64,000 bases of DNA, taken from positions 190,030,001 to 190,094,000 of the forward strand of contig NC_135880.1 of the NCBI RefSeq assembly GCF_964194155.1. Reading direction: 5' to 3'. Within the stretch, counting starts at the first letter, position 1. Every line of letters begins with the position of its first letter. Below are positions 36,493-50,497 of this stretch, one piece after another. The position numbers and the translations under genes are program-made. This DNA is from Cetorhinus maximus. Its lineage: Eukaryota. Under the pieces are notes generated by a model. That model searched no databases, had not been told where the DNA came from, and saw only the letters and a program-made list of their open reading frames with translations.

Positions 36493-39019
36493 CCAGCAGA
36501 TTTTATGACCCAAGTCTTACACGCAAACCTTATCACAAGGGTGTCAGTGTCAGTGATATGAGCAGACCATCTGATGGGAATGACACTGACAGACTTACTG
36601 AAAGGAATGTCTCCAGTAGTCTTTGTGATGGCAGTGTAACCAGTAGGCTTTCTGATAAGAATGTAACCAGTCCAGCATGTGATAGGAGTGTCACCTGCGA
36701 AGCGTATGAAAGGAATGTTTCCAGGAGACCATGGGATATGAATGACTCCAGCACACCTTGTGATGGGTATGTTTGTGGCAGGGCTTGCAATAAGAATGAT
36801 ACCAGCAAGCCTTGCAATCTGAATGCATCCAGCAGACCTTGGGATAACAATGTCGCCAACCCACCTTCTGATGAAAGATTCACCAGCAGACCTTTTGACA
36901 AGGGAACCACCAGCAAAGTTTCTGAACCGAAAAGCCACAGCATATTTTGTAGTTTGGGAGTTACCAACTCACTGTGTGCTGCAGGAGTTAAAACCACGCC
37001 ATGTAACACTGGAAACTATAGAAAACCTTCTGACAAAGGAGGAACCTGCACGCTAATTAACACAAGAGTCAACAATACATCTTGTTACACAGCAGCTTCC
37101 TGCAGAGTACCTGACATAGAAGATGACAGTATTTCAGAGACATGCAAGTATTCTCCAAAATCAAAGATATAGCAGTTTCTGAATGCTTTGAGAATGGAGT
37201 TACCAGCACATACCAGATCACATGTTTGTGCAATGAAGAAGCTGCAATGAAGCACACAGAAAGGACAGCGCTTTGTTCTGACAACTCAGATATTGTAGAT
37301 ACTGTTCTTTGTACCACCTCCCATGATAATGAACACCTCGCTCTTGCATATCCCTGCACTTTTTCCTTTCTCCATCATCTTGTCCCAAAACATGGAATGG
37401 ATTTTACAAAAACTAATGGAATATTTGTGTCATCCATAGGACTTGTCTAACTGCACAGCAACAGCCACCAATAACAATTCACTGCAGACTATGTAACACA
37501 GGTATCGCCAGCATGCTATCGAGGTGTTAATAGCTGGCTGTGTAATATGGATGTTACCAACACAATGACATAATGTATTAATAAGGGTGGTATCAGTCGA
37601 TTCTGAAATATGGGTGATGCCACATTTTAGGCTGCACAATATGCGTTTTACCAGCAGATTGTGTGATATGAATATTACCGACAGCTTATGGAATATAGGT
37701 TCTCTCAGCAGGTTATGCAATGCGGATATTACCAGCAGGTTGTATAATCTGCAAGTCAGCAGCAGATTGTACAGGGTGAGTTTTGTTAACACACTGTATG
37801 TAACATGTGTGTTAGAAAACCTGCTGTTAGCACTCAGAATTTAAAGATTGCATTTAATATAGATGTTACCAGCAAATGTGTAATATGAGCGTTACTAGCA
37901 AGCTGTATACAATGAATGCCAACAGCAGGTTTTCTAATGTGGATGTGGTTATCAGCTGACTGTATAATATGGATATTATCAGCAGATTGTATAATGTTCA
38001 TGTTACCCGTATCTTGTGTATTGTGAACCATACCAGCAGGTTGAGTAAGATAGATTGTATCAGCAAACTGCCAAACATGGGTGGTACCAGGAGTGTGTGT
38101 AACATGAGTGTTAGGTGTAGCCTGATTAATTTATATGCTACCAGCAAGTTGTGTAATGTGCATTTTACCAGCAGGTTGTGTCATAAAGATATTACCACCA
38201 GCTGTGTAAACTAGTTATTACCAGCTGGCTGTTTAATATGGGTGTTACCATCAAACTATGCAAAAACTTACTTTGATAGGGCACATTAAAAATACCAAGA
38301 ACTCTCAGGGCACTTAAAAGAGAATTAGTTGATCAAAGTGGTAGGTTTCAAAGAGCTCATAGAGGCAGATAAGTCTTGGAAGGGAATTCCATTCCTTAAG
38401 GCCACGGCAGTTTAAAGCAATAATGGAGTGATTAAAGTTGGGTATGTGTGGTGCCAGAATTGGAGGAGTGCAGATATCTTGAAGGCTTAAATATAAACAA
38501 TAGGTCAGGTAGCTGTTTTGTTGTGTGTTCAGGGTCCAGACGGGTTATTTGGGATTTGTCTATTCTCCCAGAGTAAGCTGCTTGAGACTGTAGTTTGTGA
38601 AAACCATTACTCATTATTTACTGCTACAGTGTATGCTTAAGGACCGCTGTTCAAGGTCAGAACTTCTGCTCCCTCCAGATCGCTGTTACTCAATCATGTA
38701 ATGTTATATCATCATCATCATGTGCATCTGATGTTAACCCTTTACTCTACATCTTCACCAAGTCGTTATCCCAATTATATACATTCTCCTGTAATAGCAT
38801 CTGTGGAGAGAGAAACTGGGTTAACGTCAGTGATTTTTCATCAGAACTGGCAAAATATCATTGATATGAAATGTAACTGTGCCAGCTGTCTCCTCTCTCC
38901 ATTCCTAATTGACTGTCCTCCTGTTCCCGCCCCTCCCCCACCACTTCCCAATGAGCTTCCTTTTCAGTCACCCCCTTCACTCAATCATTCCCTTCTCCTG
39001 CAAGAGCAAAATACTAAGG

Positions 39020-39950
39020 TGCTGGAAACTGACATAAGAACAGAAAATGCTGCAAATATTCAATGCGTCTAGCAGCATCTGCGGAGGGAGAAACTGTTCC
39101 AGTCAATGGCCTTTCTTTTCAGAACTGGGAAAAGTTTGAGATGTAACGGGTTTTAAGCATGTACAGAGGTGGGGAAAGGGAAAAGTGGGGAGCACAAAAG
39201 GGAAGACATGTGATAGGATGGAAAGCAGGAGAGACAAAATGACAAAAAAGTTGATGGTGTGAGGTCAAAGGGAAAAGGTAGTGGAACTAAAGATGTGATT
39301 AGAAGACGTGCAAATGGCAGAATCATAAACAGCTACCGTCTGAAAACAAAAAACGAGAAAAGTAACTAATTGAGGGCAGAGGGTATAATCTGAAATTGCT
39401 GAGTTCAATGTTAAGCCCAGAACACCTAATCACATTTACATTGGAACACTGCAGCAGGCCAAGGACAGGAAGGTCAGAGTGGAGGCAAGGTAGAGAATTA
39501 AAATGACAAGTGGTCGGAAGCTCAGGGTCATGTTTGCGGATGAGCAGCGGTGTTAAGCAGTCACCCAATCTGGGTTGGGTGCCCCAGTGTAAAAGAAACC
39601 ACATCGTGGGCTACAGTATACTAAATTGAAAGTATAGGAAAACTGCTGATTCACCAGGAAGGAGTGTTTGGGGATATAGACAGAAGGGAAAAGGCGGAAG
39701 GGTAGGCCTTGCATTTCCTGCACTTGCATAGAAAGGTGCCATGGAGATGGGAGTGTTGGGAACAATTGAGAATGCATCAGGGTACCACTGAAAAAACATT
39801 TCAATCAGAAGGCTGAAAGGGGTGGGGAGGCAAACATATTTGGTGGTGGCATCAAACTGGAGGTGGTGGCATTGGCAGAGGATGATCCATTGAATATAGT
39901 TGTGGTGGAGTGGGGAGGAGAGGACAAAGGAAATCCTGTCTGACCATAGC
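39020..39950 (-). mobile_element. Degenerate Penelope-like element 3' part
   Basis: FNLVYCS.RCGFFY, RLGDC, RKHDPELP..CHFN, GLNIELSNFR; homologous to 11151-12300. Confidence 0.8.
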
Positions 39951-39954
39951 ACCG

Positions 39955-40550
39955 TGGTGCAGGAACACATTCAGATGTGGTGAATGAAAAGGAAGTGTTA
40001 GTGAACAGGATAATCATGGGGATAGATACCATTCTCTGCACTTGCAACAGGGTGGTCCAAAGATTGTGATGCCTGCATGCCTGCCCAGTCCCAGGGTCAA
40101 AGACACTTCTCCTGGCTCTGAAGACAAACTTGGAGTGAGAGGGGAAGATCCGGTTGTCATGGTCCATGTAGGATTCAACAACATAGGCAGAACTAGGAAT
40201 GATGTTCTGCTGCGGAAGTTTGAAGAGTTAGGGTCCAGATTAAAATGCAGAACCCTCAAAAATAATAATCTCTGGACTGTTACCTGAGTCGCATGGCAAT
40301 TGGTCAGGTAGATTCAAAGTAGAAGGCACAATTTTTATACCAGAAATGGAGGATAACCAAAGGGCTAATAAGAATGAGGAAAAGTATTAGAGAAGCTTAA
40401 GGGATGGACAAATCCCCAGGACCTGATGGTCTAAATCCTAGGGTTCTAAAAGATGTAGCTGCAGAGATAATGGATGCACTGCTTATGACTTTTCAAAATT
40501 TCCTAGACTCTGGAACAGTCCAATCGGATTGCAAGTTAGCAAATGTTGGC
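39955..40550 (+). mobile_element. CR1 ORF1 (SGNH esterase-like) and ORF2 fragments
   Basis: CLPSPRVKD...EDPVVMVHVGFNNIGR; DKSPGPDGLNPRVLK. Confidence 0.75.
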
Positions 40551-41749
40551 AAGGAGGTCAGGGTTGGCGGGCAGACGGGTGCCTTTGGATGAGTTGAAGA
40601 AGCTTGTTTGCCTTGTCCCTCTGACAAACTGCTTTATAACGGGGTAAGCTGCATGTTAAATGAAAACATCCATGGCAGAATTTACCGAGCCCGCTGGCAG
40701 CAGGCGTGATGGGAAAACAGGTGGAGTGCGCGGAAAATATGGCACGAACTGCTTCGCGACGGCATGAAGGCAGGTGGCAATCATCTGCTCAGCCCACAGA
40801 CGGTGGGCCGCGTTTTCCGCCATTGGTCTGCGGGGAACTAATTGTAATACATTAGCATGTAACTAAAAAGCCATCTCGACAGGCTCTTGGAGCCCCGCCG
40901 TATTGTCCATCTGCATTGGCGGGAAAGCACGCTGACCTGTTTCACACCAGCACGGAGGAGACATGCACTTGGCGGCCTTCCCTTTGGAGGAACTGAGGTG
41001 AGTGAGCAGCAGCGCTCTCCACAGCTCGCCCGTTGTTTACAGGCCTCAGGAGCACTGGGTGGGGTGGGGGAAACATGCCTGGCCCCGGGGATGACAGCTG
41101 AGGGGGTGAAGGGATGGTATCCGAGGGGCAAGTGCTGGCCAGCCTTGGAGGTGACTGCTGAGGTGGGGGGAGGGGAGGTCAAGTGCTGCCCTGGCATTGC
41201 ATCCCGCGCACAGGGAATCGAGGTGTGGGACAGGGTAAACAAGGGAAGTGGCCACGCATCAAGGACACCTGTATAAACTGATCATGCCTCTGCAGCTAAG
41301 ACAGATCAGGCGCAGCCACAGTGATATGATTGGGGTCTGGCTCCGAGCCTGGCCGCCCATGCAAGCAGCACGGAGGTACCAAAGGGCCATCAAGTGTTCT
41401 ATACCTTACCCCACCCCCACCACGGCACAGACTTTGAGTCCGCCACCACTTTATTGGACTGCGGAGCAATTGGAAAATCTCCTCGCCAACACTGGCCATG
41501 TAGCAGTCACTGCTGGAGGTGCTCACAGCCTCTTGCAATCTCAACATCCTGGTTTGGACCAGTGTCCCCCATGTCGCAGGTTGACAGGGCAGCCATGCAA
41601 CGCACTCATCTCTGGCGATCTGAGGGGTGAGCAACACTCTCCGGGAAGCATTAAGGGGCAGTCACACAGGGCCAGGAAAGGTGCTAAATATAGCCATGAT
41701 AACCATGTCTCTCTCTCTTTCAAGCTGCAGGAGGACCATGTCAGGATCT

Positions 41750-42440
41750 TGGATCCTGATGACTTAGCTGTGTGCCTGATGGCCTACAGAGATCATAGAA
41801 GATGAAGGATAGAGGGACTGTGGCTTCTGGCTGCGCAAAGGCAGGAGCAGCAACCTCAGGAAGAAGGGGCAACAGGGGCTCCCGCATGCGCTGCCCAGGA
41901 GCGACAATGAGCCGTGGCTGGTTGGCGTCTAGTAACACCCAGGGTCTATAGACACCGCTTGCCATTCCTGCAGATGACTGAGAACCAGTGTCACTAGATG
42001 ACTGCACATGTCTAGGGACCTGTGCCTCAGATCTGCCACTTACTGCAGGACTTGGCGTCTTTCACTGCCAGTGGCTGTGAAAGTGACCGTGCCGCTCAAT
42101 TTCCACGCCAGTGGCTCCTTTCAGGGCTCCACTCGTGACCTCTGTGGGATTTCACAATCCGGCTCCCACATATGCATCCATGAGGTCACGGATGCCATCT
42201 TCTCCATGGCACACAACTTTGTGCATTTCACCTGGGACCGGGACAGCCAGGATGCAAAGGCCATTGGATTCTCCCGAATCTCGGGATTCCCACGGGTGCA
42301 GGGTGTGATTGACTGCACTCATGTGGCACTCAGGTCTCCATCGCTACACTCAGTGGACTTCATCAACCACAAGGGATTCCACTCACTGAACGTGCAGCTG
42401 GTGTGCGACCACCAGAAACACATCCTGCAGGTGCTCAACG
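41750..42440 (+). pseudogene. HARBI1-like transposase, N-terminal half only
   Basis: LPVAVKVTVPLNFHASGSFQ...GFPRVQGVIDCTHVAL...NHKGFHSLNVQLVCDH; the C-terminal half is missing. Confidence 0.88.
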
Positions 42441-42834
42441 TCATTGGTCACAGATGCTGGTGTGATGGGGGCCAGCCCCACCTTAAAGGTGCTGAGAGCA
42501 CACAGAGTGAATGAGGGAACTCTCTGGCGCCTGCCCACTACATTCTGGTGGCAATGACCAGCACCGCCGAGGTGCAGGCATCAGTAATATTTCCAGGGAG
42601 TGTGAGGATGGACCATCATTGTGGCCTGAAGGCTGCACAGAGCACAGGGAAGAGGCCCTGGACTGAGACGCCTGCCTTTTATCTTGTGCAGAAAAGTTTC
42701 ACATCTGAGTGACACAAACACTGCCCATCAGAACAAGGAGTCACAGGCAGGGTGTCATTCTTAGGAGTTTATTGACAATAGTGAACAGTATGTACAAGTG
42801 ATCAACATCCATGCCCAGGCTCTGCAGCTACTTT

Positions 42835-44450
42835 CATCTAACTTTCCTAACCCTGCCGCTATGTCTTGGTGTTCCCCGGACATCCACAGCAGCCTGCTGA
42901 CTGTGATGCCCTGTCTGTGATGACTTTAGCAGGCGTCTTCTGGAGGGCCGAGACTTGGAGGGCCCTGGCCTGCTTTCTGGGTCCTGCTGTGTGGCAGTGA
43001 CACCCTCCTCAGCCTGTGGAGCTGGATCTGCGGAGGTCACAGGAAGATAGGATTCAGATGGGCTGGTCACTCCCAGAGTCACCTGGGTGGATGGCCCCGG
43101 AGCGTGCCCAGCATCCCCTCGCATACACACTGTTGGAGGTCAACTATGGCTTCAGCGATGGAGTTAAACTCGTGCAGCAGTGCAGGAGTAATGTCCTGGA
43201 CCAAGGTCCCCATGGTGGCCGCCATCCTGCCAATGTTGACCTCGGTGTGTTGCAATGCCAGCGCTATCACCTCAGCCTGAAGACTCTTCCATCGTGCCTT
43301 GCAATCTGAGGAGAGCAGCGGACATCCCTTCCTCTTGTTCCCTAGCTTACCTTTGCAGCTCCAGCAACTGTGACATGACTGAGTCCAGGGGCTCATCATC
43401 TGACTCGGACTCAGCAATGTTCTGTCCTCCAGCAGTCCTCTGAGTGCCATGGTCCTGGGAATTACCTGCCTCCACCTGCTGTGGATCAGAAAGTGCTAAG
43501 TGCTCACCGGATTGTGATCCCGAGGCTACACTAAAGCTAGGACCCACTGAGGTGTGTGTCTCTGTGCTGGTGGAGGGTGTGAGTGAGCGCTATGATGACA
43601 CTTCAGGGAGGGTGCCTTCAGATTCCTCTTCAGAGGTTTCTTTGGAGCTTGGTTGGAGACCCTGGGTCATGGACTCTGTTGGCTGTTTGGCAGAAGTGCC
43701 TTTGAAAGCAAGGGGAGAAAATTAATGCATGGCAGTGGCCTGTGAAACAGGGTACATCACTCACAGCATGGTTGTCTGATGGATCCTCACTTGGTTGCAC
43801 TGCTGGATCCTCACTTGGTAGAGCAGCGCCAACCTCACCGTCAGCACAGGACCGGTCCCAATCATCGCCAGCCAGCTGGATGGCTCTGTTTTCAAATTGT
43901 CAGAAATTTGATTTCGGGCATTACTTCACCTGTCTGCGACCTTTCCCTCCTGTTGTGAGCCAGTTTGTCCTGCAAACTAGATAGTGATGGGGAGATTGTA
44001 TCAGGACTCCTGTCAGGCCAGATGATAAGTATGCCTAGCCTGTGTGTATGGTGAGCGGGCCCATGGACAGGATGAGGACAATGAAGGTGTGTGAGAGAGA
44101 GTGAATAGTGATGTCCTTTGCACTGGCAGTGAGTGAGGGCCCTGTGGGTGTGAGATGGGTTTTGAGTGTGTGGGTTGGGAGTGATGAAAAGAGCGACTTA
44201 CCCTGGCGGAACAGAGGAGATCATTCATCCTCTTGTGGCACTGGGTGGCTGTCCTCCTCTGCAGGGCATTCGCGCTGACCACCCCTGCCACCACCTCCCA
44301 AGCCGGGTTGGTGACATTGCTGCCCATCCTACGGCCAGAGTGGGGGTAGAGCACATCTCGGCTGGCCTCCACAGCATCCAGCAGTCGCTTGAGGGACCCG
44401 TCGTTGAAGCGGGGGGGGGGCTGCAGTTTTTTTTGCCTCTGCTGGCCATG
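42835..44450 (-). pseudogene. Harbinger Myb/SANT-like protein gene (multi-exon remnant)
   Basis: PRFNDGSLKRLLDAVEASRDVLYP...AWEVVAGVVSANALQRRTATQCHKRMNDL followed by a gtaagt donor; basic C-terminus RVRKVR*. Confidence 0.8.
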
Positions 44451-44949
44451 TCTCCCAGGAAGTGGTGGTGAGCTGGTGGTGATGAGCACTTTGCTGGTGG
44501 CTGCCTTTTAAAGATGGCAGCCAGCATGATGCAACAGCGGGGTGATGGCGAGTGGGCGAATAAGAGCCCACCCGCCTGAGAGCCCTACCCGCCATGGAAA
44601 CGGCGTGTTTCCCAAGAATGCATAAATAATAAGGCGGGCTTGGGAAGATACAGCATGAAAACCTGCCATTTTTGTGGTTGGATAGGACTCCATTTTACCT
44701 GCCTGCTACCACACTTAGTGCAATTCTGGAAAAATTCCACCCCCAGAGTAATTTTTTAAACTATATAATAACAAAACTATGCCAAGTTGGGGCTGATTAA
44801 AATGGGGTACAGCTGTACTTACCTTGTAGGCAGTAAAGCCAAGTTTAACCAGACTGGTCCCTGGGATGAGAGGGCTGTGCTATGTAGAACATAGTTGCTA
44901 GATTGCTAGAACCAACAAGAGGAAAAGCCCTATTTGGCTTTGCTCTCGC

Positions 44950-46550
44950 TAGTCTACCTGCATCTGTCAATGACAGTATTGGTAGGAGTGACCACCGCAC
45001 AGTCCTTATGGAGGCTAAGTCCCATCTTCACATTGAGGACACCCTCCATTGTGTTGTGTGACACTGCCAGCTAAATGGGATAGATTTAGAACAGATCGAG
45101 CAGCTCAAAACTGGGCAGATATGAGGTGCTGTGGGCCATCAGCAGCAGCAGAATTGTATTCAAACACAATCTGTAATTTCATAGCTTGGCATATCCCCCA
45201 CTCTACCATTACCATCAAGCCAGTGGAATCAATCCTGGTTCAATGAAGAATGCAGGAGGTCATGCCTAGAGCAGCACCAGGCATGCCTAACAATGAGGTG
45301 TCAACCTGGCAAAGTTATAAAACAACACGGGACTACTTTTGTACTAGACAGTGGAATCCACATATGATATTGGAACTAAGTGATCCCACAACAAATCGAT
45401 CAGATCTAAGATCAGTTTTGAATGGTGGTGGATAATTCAACAACTAACAAATATTTCCACCCTCAATGGTGGGGGAGCCCAGCACATCAGCACAAAAGAG
45501 AAGGCTGAAGCATTTGCAAACATCTTCAGCTGAAGTGCTAAGTGGATGACCCATCTCTGCCACCTTCTGAGGCTTCCAACAAACATGATGCCAGTCTTCA
45601 GTCAATTCGATTCACTCCACATGATATTAAGAAATACTGAAGACACTGGATACCGAAATTGCTACGGCCGTGACAACATATTGGCTAAAGTGCTGAAGAT
45701 TTGTGCTTCAGAATTAGTCGTAATTCTAGCCAAGCAGTTCCAGTACAGCTACAACACTGGCATCTACCCTGCAATATGGAAAATTTCCCAGGTATGTCCT
45801 GTCCACGAAGGAAGATGGAGGTCAATCATCTCAATCCCAGGAGTTTCTCAGGGTAGTGACCTAGGTGAACCATCTTCAGCTGCTTTATCAATGACCTTCC
45901 CGCCAGCATAAAGTCAGAAGTGGGAATGTTTGCTGATGATTGGACAATATTCGGTAGCATTCACGACACTTCAGATACTGAAGCAGTCCAGGTCCATATT
46001 CAGCAAGACCTGGGCAATATCCAGGCTTGGGCTGACAAGTGGCAAGTAACATTTGCACCATGCAAGTGCCAGGCAATGACCATCTCTATCAAGAGAGAAT
46101 CAAACCATCATCCCTTGACATTCAATGGCATTACTATCGCTGAATCGCCCCTATCAACATTCTGGGGGTTACCACTGACCAGAAACTGAACTGGACCAGC
46201 CATATAAGTACTGTGGCTATACGAGCAGATCAGAGGCTAGGAATTCTGCCAGTGTAACTCACCTCCAGACTTCCCAAAGCCTGTCCACCATCTAACTACA
46301 AGGCACATGTCAGGAGTGTGATGGAGTACTCTCCACTTGCCTGGATGAGTGCAGCTCCAAAAACATTCAAGAAGTTTTACACCATCCAGGATAAAATAAT
46401 CTTTGACTGACACCCCATCCACCATCTTAAATGTTCACTCCCTCCACTACGAATGCAGACTGCTGCAGTGTGTACTATATTCAAGGTACACTGCGACTCA
46501 CCAAGGCTCCTTCAACAGCACCTTCCAAAGCTATAACCTCTACCACCGAA
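44950..46550 (+). mobile_element. CR1-group LINE, deleted ORF2 remnant
   Basis: GVSQGSDLG, MFADD, IQAWADKWQVTFAPCKCQ. Confidence 0.8.
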
Positions 46551-46689
46551 AAGTAACTCAATAACATTCCAATAACATTCAAGAAGCTTAACACAAACTC
46601 AGAGGAGATGGTGGCATAGTTGTCATGTCACTGGACTAGTGATAATCTAGAGGCCCAAGCTAATTCTCTGGCCGTTCTGCCTACCCCAG

Positions 46690-47290
46690 TGTGAGTCAGG
46701 GAGGGGGATGGGGTGAGTCCTCGTTTGAGGAAAAAAAAAATCTGAAACACTGGAATGGAAGGTTGCATCCTCACAGCAGATGTAACAGGTGAGAAACTGG
46801 GAGAATGGAATAGATTCCTTGCAGGAAGTGGGATGTGAGGAAGACAGCAAAGTCAGGGAAGGGAAGGGAAGAGTCACAGATGGACAATGTGAAACCATGA
46901 GAAGGGTGGAAATTGGAAGCAAAGTTCAGGGTGAGGACAGGAAACTGCACTGATACAATAATCAATGTGCCAGAAATGAGGTGAGGGAGGGGACCTGAGT
47001 AGAACTAGAATAAAGAAGGTTCCACATATCAGATGAAATGGCAGGCATAACTGGGCCCCATTTGGGTTCCCATAGCAACATATTTTATTTAGAGTTAAAG
47101 GAGAACTTCAGGCAGGTGGAGGAGGGTGGGGGTCTAGTTGGTCCTCTGTTCAAGGAGGAAGAGGATGAGGTCAGCCTGGTTGGGGCTGGAAGTGTTGAGA
47201 GATTGGAGGTCAATGGTGAAAAGGAGATGGCTAGGACTAGGAAACTGAAACTGTTAAACTGACAGAGGACATCAGAATCGTCACAGAATG
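46690..47290 (-). mobile_element. Penelope-like element fragment
   Basis: NFASNFHPS...SHPTSCKESIPFSQFL, as in 12012-12701. Confidence 0.7.
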
Positions 47291-47329
47291 TTTGAATTAT
47301 TATTATTGGCTATCGACTATCCCTCGCTA

Positions 47330-48940
47330 GCAAGGATGTTTGTCTTAAACGAATCCCAAGATGGCTGATGAGGCCCATTTGGGATCTGCAGACTTTATGA
47401 CACGTGTCATGTGGGATGTTTGGTCATATATTATCAGTTCAGGTCATGGCGTGTTCTTTTCACTGCTTTTGCTTTTCCTCTTTATTTCGTCATCATTGGG
47501 TCTTAAAACGTTGGGATCCTTCCCACAGACTGTGCTGCCATCTGATTCGGTACAAGGCAATGGTCTCCCAGGAGTTGGTGTCAATGTTGCATTTCTTCAT
47601 GTTGGCTTTCAGCACATCCTTGAAGCTCTTCTTCTGTCCTCCTCTGGTGCGTCTGCCCTGACTGAGCTGGGAGAAGAAGACCTGTTTGGGGGCTTGATAT
47701 CTGACCCCTGAACTATATGACCAACCCAATGAATGGTGGCAGATGATCATAGCCTCAGTGCTTGTGGTGCCTGCCTGTGAGATGCTGGTGTCTCTGTCCT
47801 CCCACTTAATATGTAAGATCTTTCACAGGCAGCGTTGGTGGTATAACTCCAGTGCTTTGAGGGGCTTCCTATACGTTGTCCATGTTTTAGCCTTGTACGA
47901 TGAGGGAGTGATCATGACCACATGGTAGGCCACAAGCTTGGTTTCAGTTTTGATGTTGTGATCTTCAAACACTCGCTTGCTCAGGTGGCCAAAGTATGGA
48001 CCAGTAGAGTTCAGGTGATGCTGGATTTCTTCATCAATGTTAGCTTTCCGTATGTGAGAGATTTCCATTGCTCATCATGAATCCCAATCAGTGGGGCTGT
48101 GGTGTGTATATTTGGACCTTGCTGCTGGAGGACTTTGGTCTTCTGAATGTTGAGTATAAGTTCAGTCTTCTCGTATGCCTCAGTAAATATGTCGATGGTT
48201 CTCTGGAGATCCATTTCTGACACAGCACTTACTGCAGTGTATTAGAGCTCAATGACTGAGATTGAGGTGGTTTTAGTTGTTGATTGGAGTTCTCTGATAT
48301 TAAATAGTTTACCGTCCATTCGATAAATAAGCTGCACTCCAGCAGGGAGCTTGTCTCTAGTCAGAGCAGCAAGGAAGAACTAAAAAGGAGTTGGGGCGAT
48401 GACACAACCCTTTGACCCCTGTCGTAACCTTGAAAGGGGCTGTAATGGATTTGTTGTTAAGGATCATCGCTCGCATGTCATCATGAAGCAGGTGAAGGAT
48501 GTTAACAAATTTTGGAGGACACCCATACTTCTTCCAGAGTACCTCACGATTTGCCGAGTCAAGGGCCTATTTCAAGTCAAAGAATGCTATATAGAGAGGT
48601 TGATGTTGTTTGCACCATTTTTTGTGGTCGGTGAGCTGTAAAAATCATGTCAACCATGCCTCTTGGACACATTGAGATTTGGGGACCAGCCCTTAAGCAA
48701 GTGTAATAAGTTCATTCAGAAGGGCTCTTGGAATGATCTTTCCAGCAAGGGAAAACAGGGAGATGTCTGTATTTTTCATAGTTGGATTTGTCCCCTTTCT
48801 CGAAGACTGTCACAATCATGCTGTCACTGAGATCATTTGGGATTTCCTCTTCATTCTAGATTTGTAGGATAAGGGCATGGAGCTGGAATGTTAGATCCTC
48901 TTATCTGTGCTTAAAGATTTCAACAGGGATTCCTTCACTA
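47330..48940 (-). mobile_element. RTE-clade LINE remnant
   Basis: LNIQKTKVLQQ, IDEEIQH, TKLVAY..V, PKQVFFSQLSQGRRTRGGQKKSFKDVLK. Confidence 0.85.
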
Positions 48941-49133
48941 CATAAATGGAAGTCTTTCCTTCTATCTATCTGTTGCATTGCAGGGAGTTTTCCCTGTACC
49001 CCTGAATTTCTAAAAAAGAGAGTAGTGGTCAATGGATAATTTTGGGCTGGAGGGATACAAACAACAGAGTCAGCAGTAGGATCACTTTCAATGTGTACTT
49101 TAAAAGATTTAGACTTGGATATTGTGTGTTCTG

Positions 49134-49392
49134 TGGGGCAGTTGGCTCAGTTAGTTTGATTCATAGCGTATGGTTCAGAATAACACCAACAGCACAGCCT
49201 CAATGTTCCCGTTCTGGCTGAGGTAGGCTTGGGACTAGCCTCCTCACCTGGCCCCTGAGGGTGGAAGGCAATGGCAAACCACAACTGACAAAACAAAATG
49301 TCAAGAAAGCGGCTCAGGATGAAGCAACAACAGACAATGAGCCAAGGGCCTACCTTTGGGCAGAGCACTCATGATGATGATGATGATGATGA
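49134..49392 (+). mobile_element. tRNA-headed SINE with RTE-related motif and (GAT)n tail
   Basis: ggggcagttggctcagtt head, GAAGGCAATGGCAAACCAC, (GAT)7 tail. Confidence 0.65.
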
Positions 49393-50497
49393 TTGTTGTT
49401 GGTACTTTGGCAAAATTTGTAAACAAGCAAAAATAGGGATCACAGATAAGAAAAATGTAACTGACTTCATGAGGGCATAAACAGGTTAATAGATTGGGAG
49501 GATTTCATATGAAAATGAATTTGGAGAAACCATGTACTTATCAAAATTTACAAATTAGACATCTTTGCCTTCAGAGCAATTTTCAGTTGGCCCCGTCTCT
49601 TACATTATTTTTACTTCTTTTTTAACTTGCTGTCTCTCTTCTATTGTTCTGGCTGGACTGATTTAGAGTTAACATGCTCAACCTTCTCAGATGGTCCTGG
49701 CAATGGACCTTGTGGTCACAGCTTGAGGGAGAATAAATACATCAATGAGGTGAGGACTGCTGGAGGAAGAGTGAAGATATCGTATGACCTGGGTCCATTT
49801 ATGGACACTTTCTTTGAAATGTAAAGTCTATTCCAAACTGTTAGGTATTTCCTCCTTAATGTAAAACATTTGAGAAATTTTCACACATGAAACTATAGAA
49901 ACACAAGTTGTGAAGTTCTGTATCTCAGGATTACTTGTATTAAAAATGAGTTCATGCTACTAACTACTTTTAGTTGTATTATTGTGTCATTAAACTATGG
50001 TATCTGCATAAATTAGGCATACTGTGCTATAGACACTGCCTAGGGGTTCTGCTTCTGCCCTTAATAGATTTGATTCTCTTGCTCTTTATTAAACATAAAG
50101 AGGTTATGTATGGCAAGCACAGAAACTAAAGACCTCTGGTCAACATGTTTTTTCTTTATTCTTTCATGGGATGTGGGCAACGGTGGCAAGGTCAGCATTT
50201 GTTGCCCATCCCTAATTGTCCTTGACCTGAGTGGGTTGCTAGTCCATTTGAGGGGGCAGCTAAGAATGAATCACATTACCCTGGATCTGGAGTCACATGT
50301 ATACCTGACCAGGTAAGGATGGCAGATTTCCATCCCTAAAGGGGATGGGATTTTACAATAATTGATGACGGTTTTATGGCCACCATTTCTGAGACCAGCT
50401 CTGTGCATTACTTTCTTATGGTGAAGAAAATAAGGGTCATCTGTGACTTTATTTAATATTTAAAATAGCTTCTAGAATAAATGAGTTCCTGCTTCAA

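Larger units (their letters stand above)
40673..44742. mobile_element. Harbinger DNA transposon with both ends, internally deleted
   Basis: TIR remnants TGGCAGAATTT/AAATTCCACCC; TSD CCA; convergent transposase and Myb/SANT genes. Confidence 0.85.
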
